Part shown: positions 1 to 10,003 of the stretch, in pieces | Numbering within the stretch: the stretch's first letter is position 1 | Layout: every line of letters begins with the position of its first letter | DNA from: Candidatus Hermodarchaeum yapensis | GTDB taxonomy: Archaea > Asgardarchaeota > Hermodarchaeia > Hermodarchaeales > Hermodarchaeaceae | Length of the DNA stretch: 64,000 nt | Direction of reading: 5' to 3' | NCBI GenBank assembly: GCA_016840405.1 | Contig: JAEOSK010000004.1 | Span: 1-64,000, forward strand | Position numbers and translations under genes: made by a program | Notes under the pieces: generated by a model | Database searches by the model: none | Seen by the model: the letters and a program-made list of their open reading frames with translations, nothing else | What the model was told of the DNA's origin: nothing

Positions 1-14
1 AAGGAAACAGGGGT

Positions 15-1010
15 TTGATTAGGATGAGTGAAGACAAGTCACCAATAATCATTGAATTCGATCAAACCTCTGTGAAGATTGGTCGTACACAGATTTTATA
101 TGACATTAGTTTCTATGCTCGCGAGCGTGAAATTTTAGGGATTATTGGAGCGTCAGGATCTGGGAAGACGACATGTTTGCGTGTAATGACAGCCCAGTTA
201 AAACCGTTCCGTGGGGGAGCAAGTATTGCGGGGCATGATGTGAAGCGCGAAGCCTCAACTATCCATTATGCAACAGGGTATGTCCCCCAACATGAAGATC
301 AGAGTTTGTATTTTCCATTTTCTGGGCTTGAAAATGCTCACTTTTTTGGTCGAATGTATGGAATTACTGGTAAGGAAATTAAACGCCGGGCAATCGAACT
401 CCTTACAATTTTGGGCTTTGATGAGGAGTTGATGCATAAACCTGTAAGGTTTCTGAGTGGAGGTGAGCGAAAACGGGTATCTATCTGTGTTGGCCTGATT
501 CATCAACCTCCCATTCTGCTCCTTGATGAACCCACGACAGGACTTGATGCCCATCTCCGACATGAACTCCTCAATTATCTCAAACAGCTTAACTTCCACT
601 ATGGAACTTCAATGGTGTTAATTTCACATGATCTTGAAGTTGTTGAATATTGTAGCCGTGTAGTCCTTCTAGAGAAAGGGGAAATTTCCTTACAGGGTCA
701 TCCTGATGAGCTCGTTCGATCTTTAACTGGAGGTGGCGAAGCTATCGAAGTTACTTTTGATCGGCTGAGTGAAGATATGATTCGCCAAATGAATGCAATC
801 CCATTTGTAGAAAATACAATTCGATCAGGGCGGGGGAGTCTCAAGGTTTTTGTGGAGGAACCTCACAAACAACTTCCTGATCTTCTTCAAGCGCTCCGGG
901 AACAAGATTGGGAGCCCATTGAACTGAGCGTTGTTGAAGCAAGTTTCTATGACTTCTTCCGAACTAAGGGTTGGAAGGAATTTTCAACTGAAGAGGACGG
1001 CGTGAATTAA
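15..1010 (+). CDS. ABC-2 type transporter ATP-binding protein
   Basis: Walker A GASGSGKT, signature LSGGE, Walker B LLLDEP, H-loop SHD; start may be the ATG at 24. Confidence 0.9.
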   Translation: MIRMSEDKSPIIIEFDQTSVKIGRTQILYDISFYAREREILGIIGASGSGKTTCLRVMTAQLKPFRGGASIAGHDVKREASTIHYATGYVPQHEDQSLYFPFSGLENAHFFGRMYGITGKEIKRRAIELLTILGFDEELMHKPVRFLSGGERKRVSICVGLIHQPPILLLDEPTTGLDAHLRHELLNYLKQLNFHYGTSMVLISHDLEVVEYCSRVVLLEKGEISLQGHPDELVRSLTGGGEAIEVTFDRLSEDMIRQMNAIPFVENTIRSGRGSLKVFVEEPHKQLPDLLQALREQDWEPIELSVVEASFYDFFRTKGWKEFSTEEDGVN

Positions 1011-1128
1011 GATGGTGAAGGAAAATTCACCCTACTCCGAGGTGTTCTTAAAATCTTGGGGAAAGGATGGTGGGTTACGACTAGTTTAATAAGAAAAAAA
1101 GCAAGGTAAATTAGCCGGGTGCGGAACA

Positions 1129-1653
1129 ATGGCAAAGCAACCTTACTATGAATTCAAGATTCTCCTTGTCGGCGACCCTGCCGTCGGGAAGACTAGTATT
1201 ATCCTTAAGTATGTCGAAAACAGGTTTGAAAGAGAATACAAAGCCTCTATAGGTGTCGATTTTGCTTACAAAATCGTTGAAGTGGGAGAGAAGGTAAGCC
1301 GGCTCATTATTTGGGATATTGCCAGTCAGGAGCGATTTGCACCGTATCGATCTAGTTTCTATAAACAAACTGATGGCGCTATGATCGTTTTCGATCTAAC
1401 ACGAACTGATACACTCGAAGCCGTTGAGGCTTGGATGCGTGAAGTCAAAGAAAACGCCGGTGATGTTGTAGTGCTTATAGTTGGTAACAAGGTAGATGCC
1501 AAGAAGAAACGTGTAGTGAAAGAAGTAGATATCGAATCATGGATTGAACGCTACGGATGTAAATATGTGGAAACAAGTGCGATGAGCGGGGAAGGGATTG
1601 ACGAAGCTTTTGAAACTATTACACAAGCAATCATTGACAAACTGGAACTTTAG
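1129..1653 (+). CDS. Rab-like small GTPase (Ras superfamily)
   Basis: G1 GDPAVGKT, IGVDF, G3 WDIASQERF, G4 NKVD, G5 TSA; no C-terminal prenylation motif. Confidence 0.9.
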   Translation: MAKQPYYEFKILLVGDPAVGKTSIILKYVENRFEREYKASIGVDFAYKIVEVGEKVSRLIIWDIASQERFAPYRSSFYKQTDGAMIVFDLTRTDTLEAVEAWMREVKENAGDVVVLIVGNKVDAKKKRVVKEVDIESWIERYGCKYVETSAMSGEGIDEAFETITQAIIDKLEL

Positions 1654-1741
1654 TCCGCTTTTTAAATACTCAATAAAGTAATAAACTCTATTAGGTAGCA
1701 GGTTTTAACATTAGGCACCTTGCTACATGAGTTGATTTTCA

Positions 1742-3028
1742 ATGCCCAAGGAACCATATGATTTTGCAGCTTGGACGCAATTCATCCCTGAATCTGAGAT
1801 TCGTCGACTCTTGAAATATAACGTTCCCTACTATTTTGGGGGCGGAAAACCAGGGGCTTTACCTCTGGAAACACTGGCGAAAATTCTCATCGAACTCGGA
1901 AACGACCAGTTAACTGAGATTAAAAAAGGAAACGAGGCGCGCCCCATTGATGATTGGAACTATGGAGCTACAATGGGGAAAGCATTCCTCAGGAAGACCC
2001 TTGCGAAGCGCTTAATCGAGAAGGATGGGATACAATTAGATGCTGAACACCCTGAGAATGATGTTACTATTACTACGGGCTCCCAACAAGCATTGTATGC
2101 AATTATTGATACCTGCATTGATAAGGATGATGTGATTCTCACAACAAGTCCTGCGTATCTGGGTTTCTTAATGCCAGCAGTTAAGTTGGGTGCACGGATT
2201 GTTACAGTACCCACGGATTTACAGGGTGGTATTCCTGAATACTTCGAAGAAGCCATTAAGGTCTGTAAGAAGGAGCTTGGAAAAAAGCCTGAAATGATCT
2301 ATGTAGTCCCTGATTCTGATAACCCGAAAGGAACGACCATACCAAAGAAACGGCGAGAAGCGCTCTTTGAGATAGCCCAAGAGCATCATGTCATGATTGT
2401 TGAAGATGCAGCGTATCGGGAGATTCAATTCAAAGGTCCCCATGAACCACCCATCAAATCCATGGATACTGAGAACAAGTATGTGGCATATCTACGAACA
2501 TCGAGCAAAGAGGCAGCTGTGGTGAGGATTGGTTACAATGTCTTTCCCCCGAGGGTCCGTGAACATGTCAACAAGGATAAAGGCTATTTAGATCTCGCAA
2601 GTCCAACGATTGTTCAGCGGATTTTGGACATTTATTACCGGAAATACATTGACAAGGTTTTACCAGACGCCCTTAAAACATATCAGAAACGAGCTAGTGT
2701 AATGGGGAAGGCCATTGATGAAACCTTCCCACGAGGGAAACGTACTGATCCAACTGGCGGATTTTTCATCTGGTGGGAGAGCGACGATAGGACATTTGAT
2801 GCTAAGCAATTCCTTGAAACGGTGGCTTTACCTAATGACATCATCTTCGTTCCAGGAGTTGCCTTCTATCCATTGATGGGGCTTAGTTATCGTCCCGAAA
2901 AGAAGAACTTAGTACCAGTTGAACGAGCGCTGAACACGATGCGGATTAGCTATTCGTATACGACATCTGATGTGATTGATACAGGTGTTCGCAAGCTAGG
3001 TGGATTGCTAAAGGACGCACTTTCCTAG
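1742..3028 (+). CDS. PLP-dependent aminotransferase class I/II (LysN/ARO8-like)
   Basis: TTGSQQAL, NPKG, EDAAY, SSK (PLP lysine), GGFFIW. Confidence 0.85.
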   Translation: MPKEPYDFAAWTQFIPESEIRRLLKYNVPYYFGGGKPGALPLETLAKILIELGNDQLTEIKKGNEARPIDDWNYGATMGKAFLRKTLAKRLIEKDGIQLDAEHPENDVTITTGSQQALYAIIDTCIDKDDVILTTSPAYLGFLMPAVKLGARIVTVPTDLQGGIPEYFEEAIKVCKKELGKKPEMIYVVPDSDNPKGTTIPKKRREALFEIAQEHHVMIVEDAAYREIQFKGPHEPPIKSMDTENKYVAYLRTSSKEAAVVRIGYNVFPPRVREHVNKDKGYLDLASPTIVQRILDIYYRKYIDKVLPDALKTYQKRASVMGKAIDETFPRGKRTDPTGGFFIWWESDDRTFDAKQFLETVALPNDIIFVPGVAFYPLMGLSYRPEKKNLVPVERALNTMRISYSYTTSDVIDTGVRKLGGLLKDALS

Positions 3029-3066
3029 TCCCTAACTTCACCCATTTTTTGGTAAACCAAAGAATT

Positions 3067-3615
3067 TCAAAGACGTTTTCTACGCCATTGAAGAATGAGA
3101 ATGGCTAATGATGCAAGGATGAAGTAAGTAGCAAAAAGAGCAGCAACTCCGACAGCTAGCCCCTGAATGAACAAGATTACAAATTCAAGCGTGAAAAGAA
3201 GTGGTCCGAATCTTACTAACAGGAGGAACGCCCCATAGAATGAGTAGATGGGCCATGCTACGATTCCACCGATGAGCAATAAGATGATAGTGATCAACCC
3301 AATTCGACTTTCCACGGGATCTAAGAATCGATGGGGGAGATTGGTTGTTGTGTCGTACTGGAAATAGTAGACGAGGAGAAATGGTGTAGGCTCAAATCGG
3401 AGAAGACTCCAGATCTGAATCCCGGCTTGAATTGGTAGAATGAATAAGGTCAATATCCAGGAATAAAGAAGTAGCATTTCAAAAGGGGTTACCGGCAACA
3501 CGAGACCAATATTGGCAACACCGTACATCGCAAGGAAAGTCAAAAACCCAGTAAAAAGGTGTGTGGCTAGAAACCAGCCAATACGTCGAAACTGTTTTGC
3601 CACTACGATCACCAA
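3067..3615 (-). CDS. hypothetical membrane protein
   Basis: 182-aa ORF with about 4-5 hydrophobic segments. Confidence 0.65.
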   Translation of the reverse strand: MVIVVAKQFRRIGWFLATHLFTGFLTFLAMYGVANIGLVLPVTPFEMLLLYSWILTLFILPIQAGIQIWSLLRFEPTPFLLVYYFQYDTTTNLPHRFLDPVESRIGLITIILLLIGGIVAWPIYSFYGAFLLLVRFGPLLFTLEFVILFIQGLAVGVAALFATYFILASLAILILQWRRKRL

Positions 3616-3898
3616 AATGAGGGTTCATATTACCTAAGTTATGACATTAAAAAGAGCTTGTTTTGAGCGCGATAAATTCAACAGTGATAATTAACGTTAT
3701 CGTGAAAAAATTCTGTGTGAAAAAAACGGAACTGAACTCCAATTTTACATCTAGTTCATTTGGATGGAAGCTATTGGGCCTTTATATAGGTTGAAGTGGT
3801 TTTTTTCACACCATCAGAGCAATTTTAAAAAGGATACTATAGTATACCAAGCGTTAATCCTCTGTAATGCAGTAATAGAAACGCTTTAAAATACGGGA

Positions 3899-4162
3899 TT
3901 GAGATTCATGGTGGGTGGCAATGTGAAATGGTTTAGGAGCCACAGGGAACCTCCCAGTGCTTCAAAAATCATCCGCGTTATAGAAGCAAATGGTCCAATG
4001 ACCAGTAAGGAAATAGTTGAAACCACGAACTTAGCACCACGAACGGTTCGTTACGCTTTGAAACGTTTAGTTTCAGAAGGCTCTATTTCTCGAGTACCTA
4101 ATCTTAGTGACCTTCGACAAACCCTTTTCATGAGACACGTGGAGCGGCGAATGAACCGGTAA
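3899..4162 (+). CDS. small winged-helix transcriptional regulator (MarR/ArsR-like)
   Basis: GPMTSKEIVETTNLAPRTVRYALKRL HTH; PNLSDLRQ wing typical of archaeal wHTH proteins. Confidence 0.75.
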   Translation: MRFMVGGNVKWFRSHREPPSASKIIRVIEANGPMTSKEIVETTNLAPRTVRYALKRLVSEGSISRVPNLSDLRQTLFMRHVERRMNR

Positions 4163-4334
4163 AAAAAGAGCACAAGAAAGTTCACTCATGTTTTTTTAGG
4201 TAATTGACCCATATAAGCGACTTTAAGGGAAAACAGAATATTTCAAAAATATAACCCAACTTGTAGGCGATGTTTTAAGACACATATTTATACAAATGAC
4301 TGGGTAACCTAATTCCGATTTAATCTTGGGCTAG

Positions 4335-4550
4335 GTGGGAAATTTGAAAGAAACACGAACCCGATCAATAATCAAAGCAGTAATTTGGCGAGTGATAGCC
4401 TTAGCTGTTACATATTTGGTTATATTGCTTTTTACAGGAAACATCGAGACATCGATTATTATTGCACTTGTCGCTAATCTTCTAAAAACCATTCTTTACT
4501 ATGCCTTAGAACGTCTATTTCAACGCTTAGAGTGGGGCCTAATAAAGTAG
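4335..4550 (+). CDS. DUF2061-like small membrane protein
   Basis: ETRTRSIIKAVIWRVIA...LYYALERLF..EWG pattern. Confidence 0.75.
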   Translation: MGNLKETRTRSIIKAVIWRVIALAVTYLVILLFTGNIETSIIIALVANLLKTILYYALERLFQRLEWGLIK

Positions 4551-4602
4551 CAGGAAGATTATCTGGCTATCTGCGAGTTAATTCAAGTGTCAACAAAGTA
4601 AT

Positions 4603-4730
4603 TCATTTTAGCTCCAAAGACATGGCGACCCACAGGCTGTCGAACCTCGCGTTTTCAATGAATTTCCCGCGTTTCACAAGCTTCTTCCATGGCGCATTTT
4701 GAACGGTAATAACGCCAAAGGCGAGGGGAT
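4603..4730 (-). pseudogene. N-terminal remnant of an LLM-class (F420-dependent) oxidoreductase
   Basis: FGVITVQNAPWKKLVKRGKFIENARFDSLWVA resembles the LLM N-terminus (GFDSLWVxDH) and stops before the DH. Confidence 0.5.
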
Positions 4731-4837
4731 GTTTTTCAGGTGGAATAAAAACAACCACAAATATGTTGGATGAATTAGATATTAATAATGATGCACGGAG
4801 AGTGTAATTCCAGTATCTGTGCATGTTACAAGCTGAA

Positions 4838-4935
4838 TACAGCGTTTCTCTGTGTTATTTGTAAATATCTTGTGTTTCGAAGACGTATAATTGATCCTTG
4901 ACAAATGATGTGAAAGATGATTTGGATCACGTTGT
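4838..4935 (+). repeat. polarized intergenic repeat copy 1 (A+B)
   Basis: GTTATTTGT-N13-TTCGAAGAC (4876-4884), N22, GATGTGAAAGATGATTTGGATCACGTT. Confidence 0.8.
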
Positions 4936-5054
4936 CAATTCTTTCTGTTTCTAATTTTGAAGAAGGTAAAATGGAATGTTTTGGTTTCCGGAATTCCTAT
5001 AGCATAGACCAAGTTTAAATGAGAGATAATATTTGGGTGAATCAAACTATTTGA

Positions 5055-6329
5055 GTGGGGATTCCGATAACGTCCTTACATACCGTGATTGATGAACACC
5101 TGGTCCGGGCTCGCCGAGTTATCAAATGGGCAGCATTCGTTGTCATAGCCTTAGCAATTACCTGGTTCGTTGTTGCATTGCTATCAGGAAGTGTAGGATT
5201 ATTAGCTAAAGGAATTGATTCTCTCACGGATCTAATCGCTATCATCACGGTATTCCTTGGGCTTTGGCTTGCCCAACGATCCCCTAACCAAAAATATCCT
5301 TATGGGTATTTCAAGGCTGAAACCATGGCGGCCCTGATTGTTGCGGTGTTTGTTTTCATAACAGGATTGGGCGTGCTATGGCAGGCAATCCAACGTATCT
5401 TATTTCCAACCGATTTGAGCTTTCTCATACTGGCGTTAGTAGTATCCATTGCTTCAATCCCAATCATCTTTCTGATGTCATGGTATCTGAAAAAAGTGGG
5501 TCGAGAAACCGGTAGTAATGCGGTATATAATACGGGTCAGGAATTTCAAATGGATATTCTGGCCTCGATCGCTGTCGTTTTAGGTTTAATCTTTGCATTG
5601 TTCGGATTTCCATGGGTTGAGCCCATTGTGGGATTTATAATAGGCCTTTTCATCTTGAGAAGCAGTTTCCAACTGATTTTTGAATCAGGACTCATTTTGA
5701 TGGATGCCGGTCAAGATCCTGAACAAATAACTGCCATAAAACAACTCGCCTTACCGATCCAGGGCGTCCTTGGTGTTCATGCGATTAAACTTCGAAGAGC
5801 AGGACCCATTTGCTTTGGAGAGATGCATCTAGAAGTCCCTGGCAAAACAACTGTCTTCCAATCACATCTTTTAGCTGAAGAAATCTCTAGACGGATCAAA
5901 AACGCATACCCCGATGTACTAACCTTTCTCGTTCATGTTGAACCCGTTTTACCCGTCACATTCCGTGTTGCATTCCCAGTCAACCAACCAAAAGCGACTC
6001 CAGATACGAAACCAAACACGCACTTTGGATCCACCCCGTATTTCTTAATATTAGATATTGACAAGCGGAAGATTACCCTTTGGGAAACAATGCCTAACCC
6101 CTTCGCAAAAGAATTGAAAAAACGCGGGAAACACACGGCACATTTGTTAATTGATGCTAAAGTTGAAATTGTATTTGTGGATAAAATGGGGGAGACACCA
6201 CTAAGCATTTTGCAAAACCATTTAATTCACGTCTATCAGCAAAATTCGCAGGCTAGTTGCCGAAAGAACATAGAAGCTTATCTTGAAGATGAACTGGCAA
6301 TTCTCAAAGCAAAGGAGAAAGTCCTTTAG
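5055..6329 (+). CDS. cation diffusion facilitator with C-terminal NifX/NifB-like domain
   Basis: DSLTD in TM2, YPYGYFKAE, cytosolic LVHVEP domain, then HFGSTPYF..NP.. tail. Confidence 0.85.
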   Translation: MGIPITSLHTVIDEHLVRARRVIKWAAFVVIALAITWFVVALLSGSVGLLAKGIDSLTDLIAIITVFLGLWLAQRSPNQKYPYGYFKAETMAALIVAVFVFITGLGVLWQAIQRILFPTDLSFLILALVVSIASIPIIFLMSWYLKKVGRETGSNAVYNTGQEFQMDILASIAVVLGLIFALFGFPWVEPIVGFIIGLFILRSSFQLIFESGLILMDAGQDPEQITAIKQLALPIQGVLGVHAIKLRRAGPICFGEMHLEVPGKTTVFQSHLLAEEISRRIKNAYPDVLTFLVHVEPVLPVTFRVAFPVNQPKATPDTKPNTHFGSTPYFLILDIDKRKITLWETMPNPFAKELKKRGKHTAHLLIDAKVEIVFVDKMGETPLSILQNHLIHVYQQNSQASCRKNIEAYLEDELAILKAKEKVL

Positions 6330-6336
6330 AGGATTG

Positions 6337-6388
6337 GAGCAAGCTGTTTTTCCTAGTGTTATCCGCTATTCTCCTTAAATTCGAAGAC
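6337..6388 (+). repeat. polarized intergenic repeat copy 2 (A only)
   Basis: GAGCAAGCTGTTTTTCC..GTTATCCGC-N13-TTCGAAGAC, 7 nt after the CDF stop. Confidence 0.85.
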
Positions 6389-6566
6389 CTCTCAGATTTT
6401 TGTAGATGCTACTTCTCACATATTTATCAATTATTAGTAAACATTTATACAGTTTTGTTTTTATTCAGTGCGGATTTGTGTTGTTTTTCGCGAACTTTAC
6501 GAGCAAAATTGAACTGTTAGGTTTCCGTAAATTAATAAGTGTATTTTGGTATAACATTACCGTAAT

Positions 6567-7676
6567 ATGGTAAACATTAAGGTGATAAATATGAAACCTA
6601 CCCGCTATGGGATTGCACTAATTGTTCTCCTTTCCTTCACGGCAATCACTTTCTCAGGAAATTACACGGGGTCGGGGATCAAACACCTTTCTTGGGATAG
6701 TGATTTCGTGTCGTCTTCTTGTACGATTTTTACGGCAGCGATTGACGATACAGTGCTTTTTGGAAATAATGAGGATTGCCCCCTTCCAGGTTCATATCTA
6801 TGGCTTATTCCTTCGCAGGTATTGCAGCTCTCCTCGGAAACTATTTCGATTCACGGTGCGATTTTTTTTGGGTTTGATGGCAATGATCATCCCAATGATG
6901 GGTATCCACAAGGAGGAATGAATGATCAGGGGCTTTGCTGTGACAGTAATGGACTTCCTAGAGCACCATTAAATCCGCATCTTGAGAGAGATTTGCCGTA
7001 TGCCTACCCTTTCTATGAGATATTATGGGATTGTAGCACCGTAAATGAAACAATTGAGTGGTTCGAGTCACATTATCTCGGATCGAGTTTACCTGGCCAA
7101 TTTCATTTTGCGGATGCGACCGGAGATGCCGTAGTCATTAGTGCGGGAACTAATGGAGAACTGGCTTATGCTCGTATAGGGAACACGACTCATCTAGTGT
7201 CGACGAACTTTAATCTCGCCAATTATTCGAATGGCGAATATCCTTGTGAGCGTTATCAAACCGCATGTTCTATGCTGGATGAGATTGTTTCTGAGGGTGA
7301 CTTAACCATTGAAGCATGTCGTGACATTCTGGAGGCTGTTCATCAAGAAGACGGAACGGCCTATAGTAATATCTTTGATCTTGTTAATCGAGATATCTAC
7401 ATCTATCAGAAGCACAACTTTAACGAAGTCATCAAATTAAATCTCGATGAGGAACTGGAATTGGTTGTGCCTGGAGCAGAGGGCGTGAGCAGCGAGAACC
7501 TAGTTCTTGTTAAAGTGATTCGAATTGGAGATCTCTTCACATCACCCATCACTCCATTCATCGGAACTCTACTTGTTGTGGTATGTCTATTTGGTGGAAC
7601 AATAGTGATTAGTGCCCTCGTGATACACTACATCAGAAAAAAATTCAAAGGAACCCCAAAGGAGAGCACGTTCTAA
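6567..7676 (+). CDS. membrane-anchored Ntn hydrolase (C45/choloylglycine hydrolase-like)
   Basis: Signal peptide, CTIF..LFGNNED nucleophile region, GGMNDQGL, STNF, C-terminal TM with basic tail. Confidence 0.8.
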   Translation: MVNIKVINMKPTRYGIALIVLLSFTAITFSGNYTGSGIKHLSWDSDFVSSSCTIFTAAIDDTVLFGNNEDCPLPGSYLWLIPSQVLQLSSETISIHGAIFFGFDGNDHPNDGYPQGGMNDQGLCCDSNGLPRAPLNPHLERDLPYAYPFYEILWDCSTVNETIEWFESHYLGSSLPGQFHFADATGDAVVISAGTNGELAYARIGNTTHLVSTNFNLANYSNGEYPCERYQTACSMLDEIVSEGDLTIEACRDILEAVHQEDGTAYSNIFDLVNRDIYIYQKHNFNEVIKLNLDEELELVVPGAEGVSSENLVLVKVIRIGDLFTSPITPFIGTLLVVVCLFGGTIVISALVIHYIRKKFKGTPKESTF

Positions 7677-7685
7677 ACATGAAAA

Positions 7686-7808
7686 TGTTGCTTTTTAAGA
7701 GTAGAGCAAGCAATTTTTCCTGTCGTTATTTGCTTCTCTGTTGAGGTTCGAAGACAAAGCTGCTGTTTCTTCCCAATGATGTGAAAGATGATTTGTTTCA
7801 CATCGTAG
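7686..7808 (+). repeat. polarized intergenic repeat copy 3 (A+B)
   Basis: GCTTTTTAAGAGTAGAGCAAG..GTTATTTGC-N13-TTCGAAGAC (7747-7755)-N22-GATGTGAAAGATGATTTGTTTCACATC. Confidence 0.9.
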
Positions 7809-7988
7809 AATCTGTTTTGGGTGATAAGTTTCTTCAAGATTTCTAAATCGATTTCAGGACTGGCGAATCGTTTATATCAGATTTTTTGGCAGGAATTATT
7901 TGGAGGGTTTGATGTCCGTATTTGACGATTCTTACTAAAACACAAGACTGTAGTCAGGGAAGAGCAAAATCTGGAGGCTGAACAAAAG

Positions 7989-9104
7989 TTGAACAAGAAA
8001 GGACTTTTCATTTTGGTATTACTGTTCTCAGTGATGTTCTTAGGAATTTCAGGTGTTACAGTTGCTGACGGAGATCCGTTCATATCCATTCAAAGCAATG
8101 TCGCATTTGCGTCTTATTTTGATTCTGGAAATGGAACGGTGAGCAATCCTTGGATATTAGAGAACAAATCATTCGTAGTTCAGAATATGTCTGAAATATA
8201 TTGTATACGAATCGAAGACACAACTGATCACTTCATTATCAGAAATTGCACCTTTACTGGATTTGAAGAAATTCAGGTTGAGGATGAAGGAACATATTAT
8301 CAATATCACGGTTATGGATTAACATTCAAGAATGTTACAAATGGCGAGGTTGATGACTGCCAATTCTACAATTTAGAGTATGTAGCTATGGCGGAAAATT
8401 GCCATAATATAAAAGTAAGTAACTGTGATGCGATTGGAACTTTGGAAGAAGAAGGGTATCAGTATGCTAAGGGATTAAATGTAGTCAATTGTACACAACT
8501 ATTTGCTTATAACAACACTATGAACTATCTCAGTTATGCACTAAGCGGCAGAGGAATCCAAGACTCAATAGCCACCAATAACACGGTGTATATGACATTT
8601 CATGGGTTTGATCTTGGAGACGATTGCGACAACAATACGCTGAAGTTTAACAGTGTAATCTTAGACAGATCTCACGATGTAAGTCCACGAATGGTATCAG
8701 GTGCAGGGGTAAAACAATCAGATATAATTGCAACTGGTATACAGTTTGGGGACAATTCAGAGAACAACGATGTACAATGGAACGATATTACAGGATTCGA
8801 TTACAACGGCATTGATGATGCAGGGAATATGTGGGATTACAATCTGTGGTCGGATTACTACGGTGAGGATGCTGACGAGGACGGTATCGGTGATACACCA
8901 CACACAATCGCTGGTACTGCTGAGTCAGTTGACGAACATCCAAGACTTTACACCCTTTCAGGAGAACCTTACACACCCCCTGCACGACCAACAACTCCAC
9001 TACCAATGATTCCCTCTGAACTCCTCATCGTTGTTACAGTCATCGTAGGAGTCAGCATTATTGCCCTGGTTGTCATTTTCTATCGAAAAAGAAAGGCACC
9101 ATGA
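7989..9104 (+). CDS. secreted right-handed beta-helix (NosD/CASH-like) surface protein
   Basis: Signal peptide, GNGTVSNPWILE, Asn-rich parallel beta repeats, NLWSDY.G.D.D.DGIGDTP, C-terminal TM. Confidence 0.8.
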   Translation: MNKKGLFILVLLFSVMFLGISGVTVADGDPFISIQSNVAFASYFDSGNGTVSNPWILENKSFVVQNMSEIYCIRIEDTTDHFIIRNCTFTGFEEIQVEDEGTYYQYHGYGLTFKNVTNGEVDDCQFYNLEYVAMAENCHNIKVSNCDAIGTLEEEGYQYAKGLNVVNCTQLFAYNNTMNYLSYALSGRGIQDSIATNNTVYMTFHGFDLGDDCDNNTLKFNSVILDRSHDVSPRMVSGAGVKQSDIIATGIQFGDNSENNDVQWNDITGFDYNGIDDAGNMWDYNLWSDYYGEDADEDGIGDTPHTIAGTAESVDEHPRLYTLSGEPYTPPARPTTPLPMIPSELLIVVTVIVGVSIIALVVIFYRKRKAP

Positions 9105-9142
9105 ATAACTAGCTAGTTTGTAATCAGTTCTTATCCAAGGTT

Positions 9143-9261
9143 GGGTTCTTTAAGAAACATTAAGCCGTTTTTCCGCCTGTTATACGCTGGTTTACCTTGC
9201 TTCGAAGACATACATGCAATTCTTAGAAAACGATGTGAACTCGTTTGTTTCACATCATTAG
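9143..9261 (+). repeat. polarized intergenic repeat copy 4 (A+B, B core 9 nt)
   Basis: GTTATACGC-N13-TTCGAAGAC (9201-9209)-N22-GATGTGAACTCGTTTGTTTCACATC. Confidence 0.85.
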
Positions 9262-9336
9262 AAGAGAATTATTATTTTTTCTTCTTTGAAGAATAGGTTA
9301 AAATATTCAGTATTAGTTTAGTGGGTTGGTGAACCT

Positions 9337-9543
9337 ATGTCTAAAGGTGATATTCTCCTAACTGACGAGGATCGAGCATTACTCGTGAGGGTAAATAGCC
9401 TACTTGAAGAAATCATCGAGACTCTTGAAATCTTAGAAGATGATAATGCGATGAAATCCGTTGAAGAAGCTGAGGAAGATGTGAAAGCAGGAAGGGTGAG
9501 AGATTACGATGAATTCATCGAGGAGCTCAGAGGTTCTGATTGA
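9337..9543 (+). CDS. putative RelB/Phd-like antitoxin
   Basis: Acidic 68-aa protein with ETLEILED...EAEEDVKAGRV, typical of the C-terminal half of such antitoxins. Confidence 0.65.
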   Translation: MSKGDILLTDEDRALLVRVNSLLEEIIETLEILEDDNAMKSVEEAEEDVKAGRVRDYDEFIEELRGSD

Positions 9544-9700
9544 TTATACCTTTAGGATCACCCGCAGGTGAAACAGATTTCCGCATAGTACAATTTCTTA
9601 GACAAAATGGTTGCGAACTGTTACTTGAAGTAGAGGCATTTTCTGTGTTTTAAGGAAAAGTTTATGTATTACATTGTATTCTTTCTTGCCTGTGCTGAAG

Positions 9701-10003
9701 ATGACTGAAAAGAGCGCTGTGATAACTATGCGTCTTTCACGCCAAGAATTGGAGAGGATAGAAGCACTAAGGGCGCTCGAGGATGTTGACCGAACAACAT
9801 TATTGAAAGATTTTATTAAAGATGGGTTACACCGACGAGTCGTCCAGATCTATGAAAAAGGCAAACTGACTGCTTCCAAAGCAGCTGAGATACTTAATAT
9901 TTCACTACGAGAGTTCCTTGAAGTGTTGGAGAAGGAAGGCATTCCGATAAACTGGGATTCGGATAGTACGAGGGAGTATCTGGAAAAGCAATATGGGGAA
10001 TAG
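9701..10003 (+). CDS. UPF0175-family putative antitoxin
   Basis: RHH-like N-terminus plus YEKGKLTASKAAEILNISLREFLEVL; overlaps the PIN gene. Confidence 0.8.
   Translation: MTEKSAVITMRLSRQELERIEALRALEDVDRTTLLKDFIKDGLHRRVVQIYEKGKLTASKAAEILNISLREFLEVLEKEGIPINWDSDSTREYLEKQYGE

Noticed and set aside
7686-7808. MITE interpretation
   Set aside because: No terminal inverted repeats or target-site duplications visible around the full element
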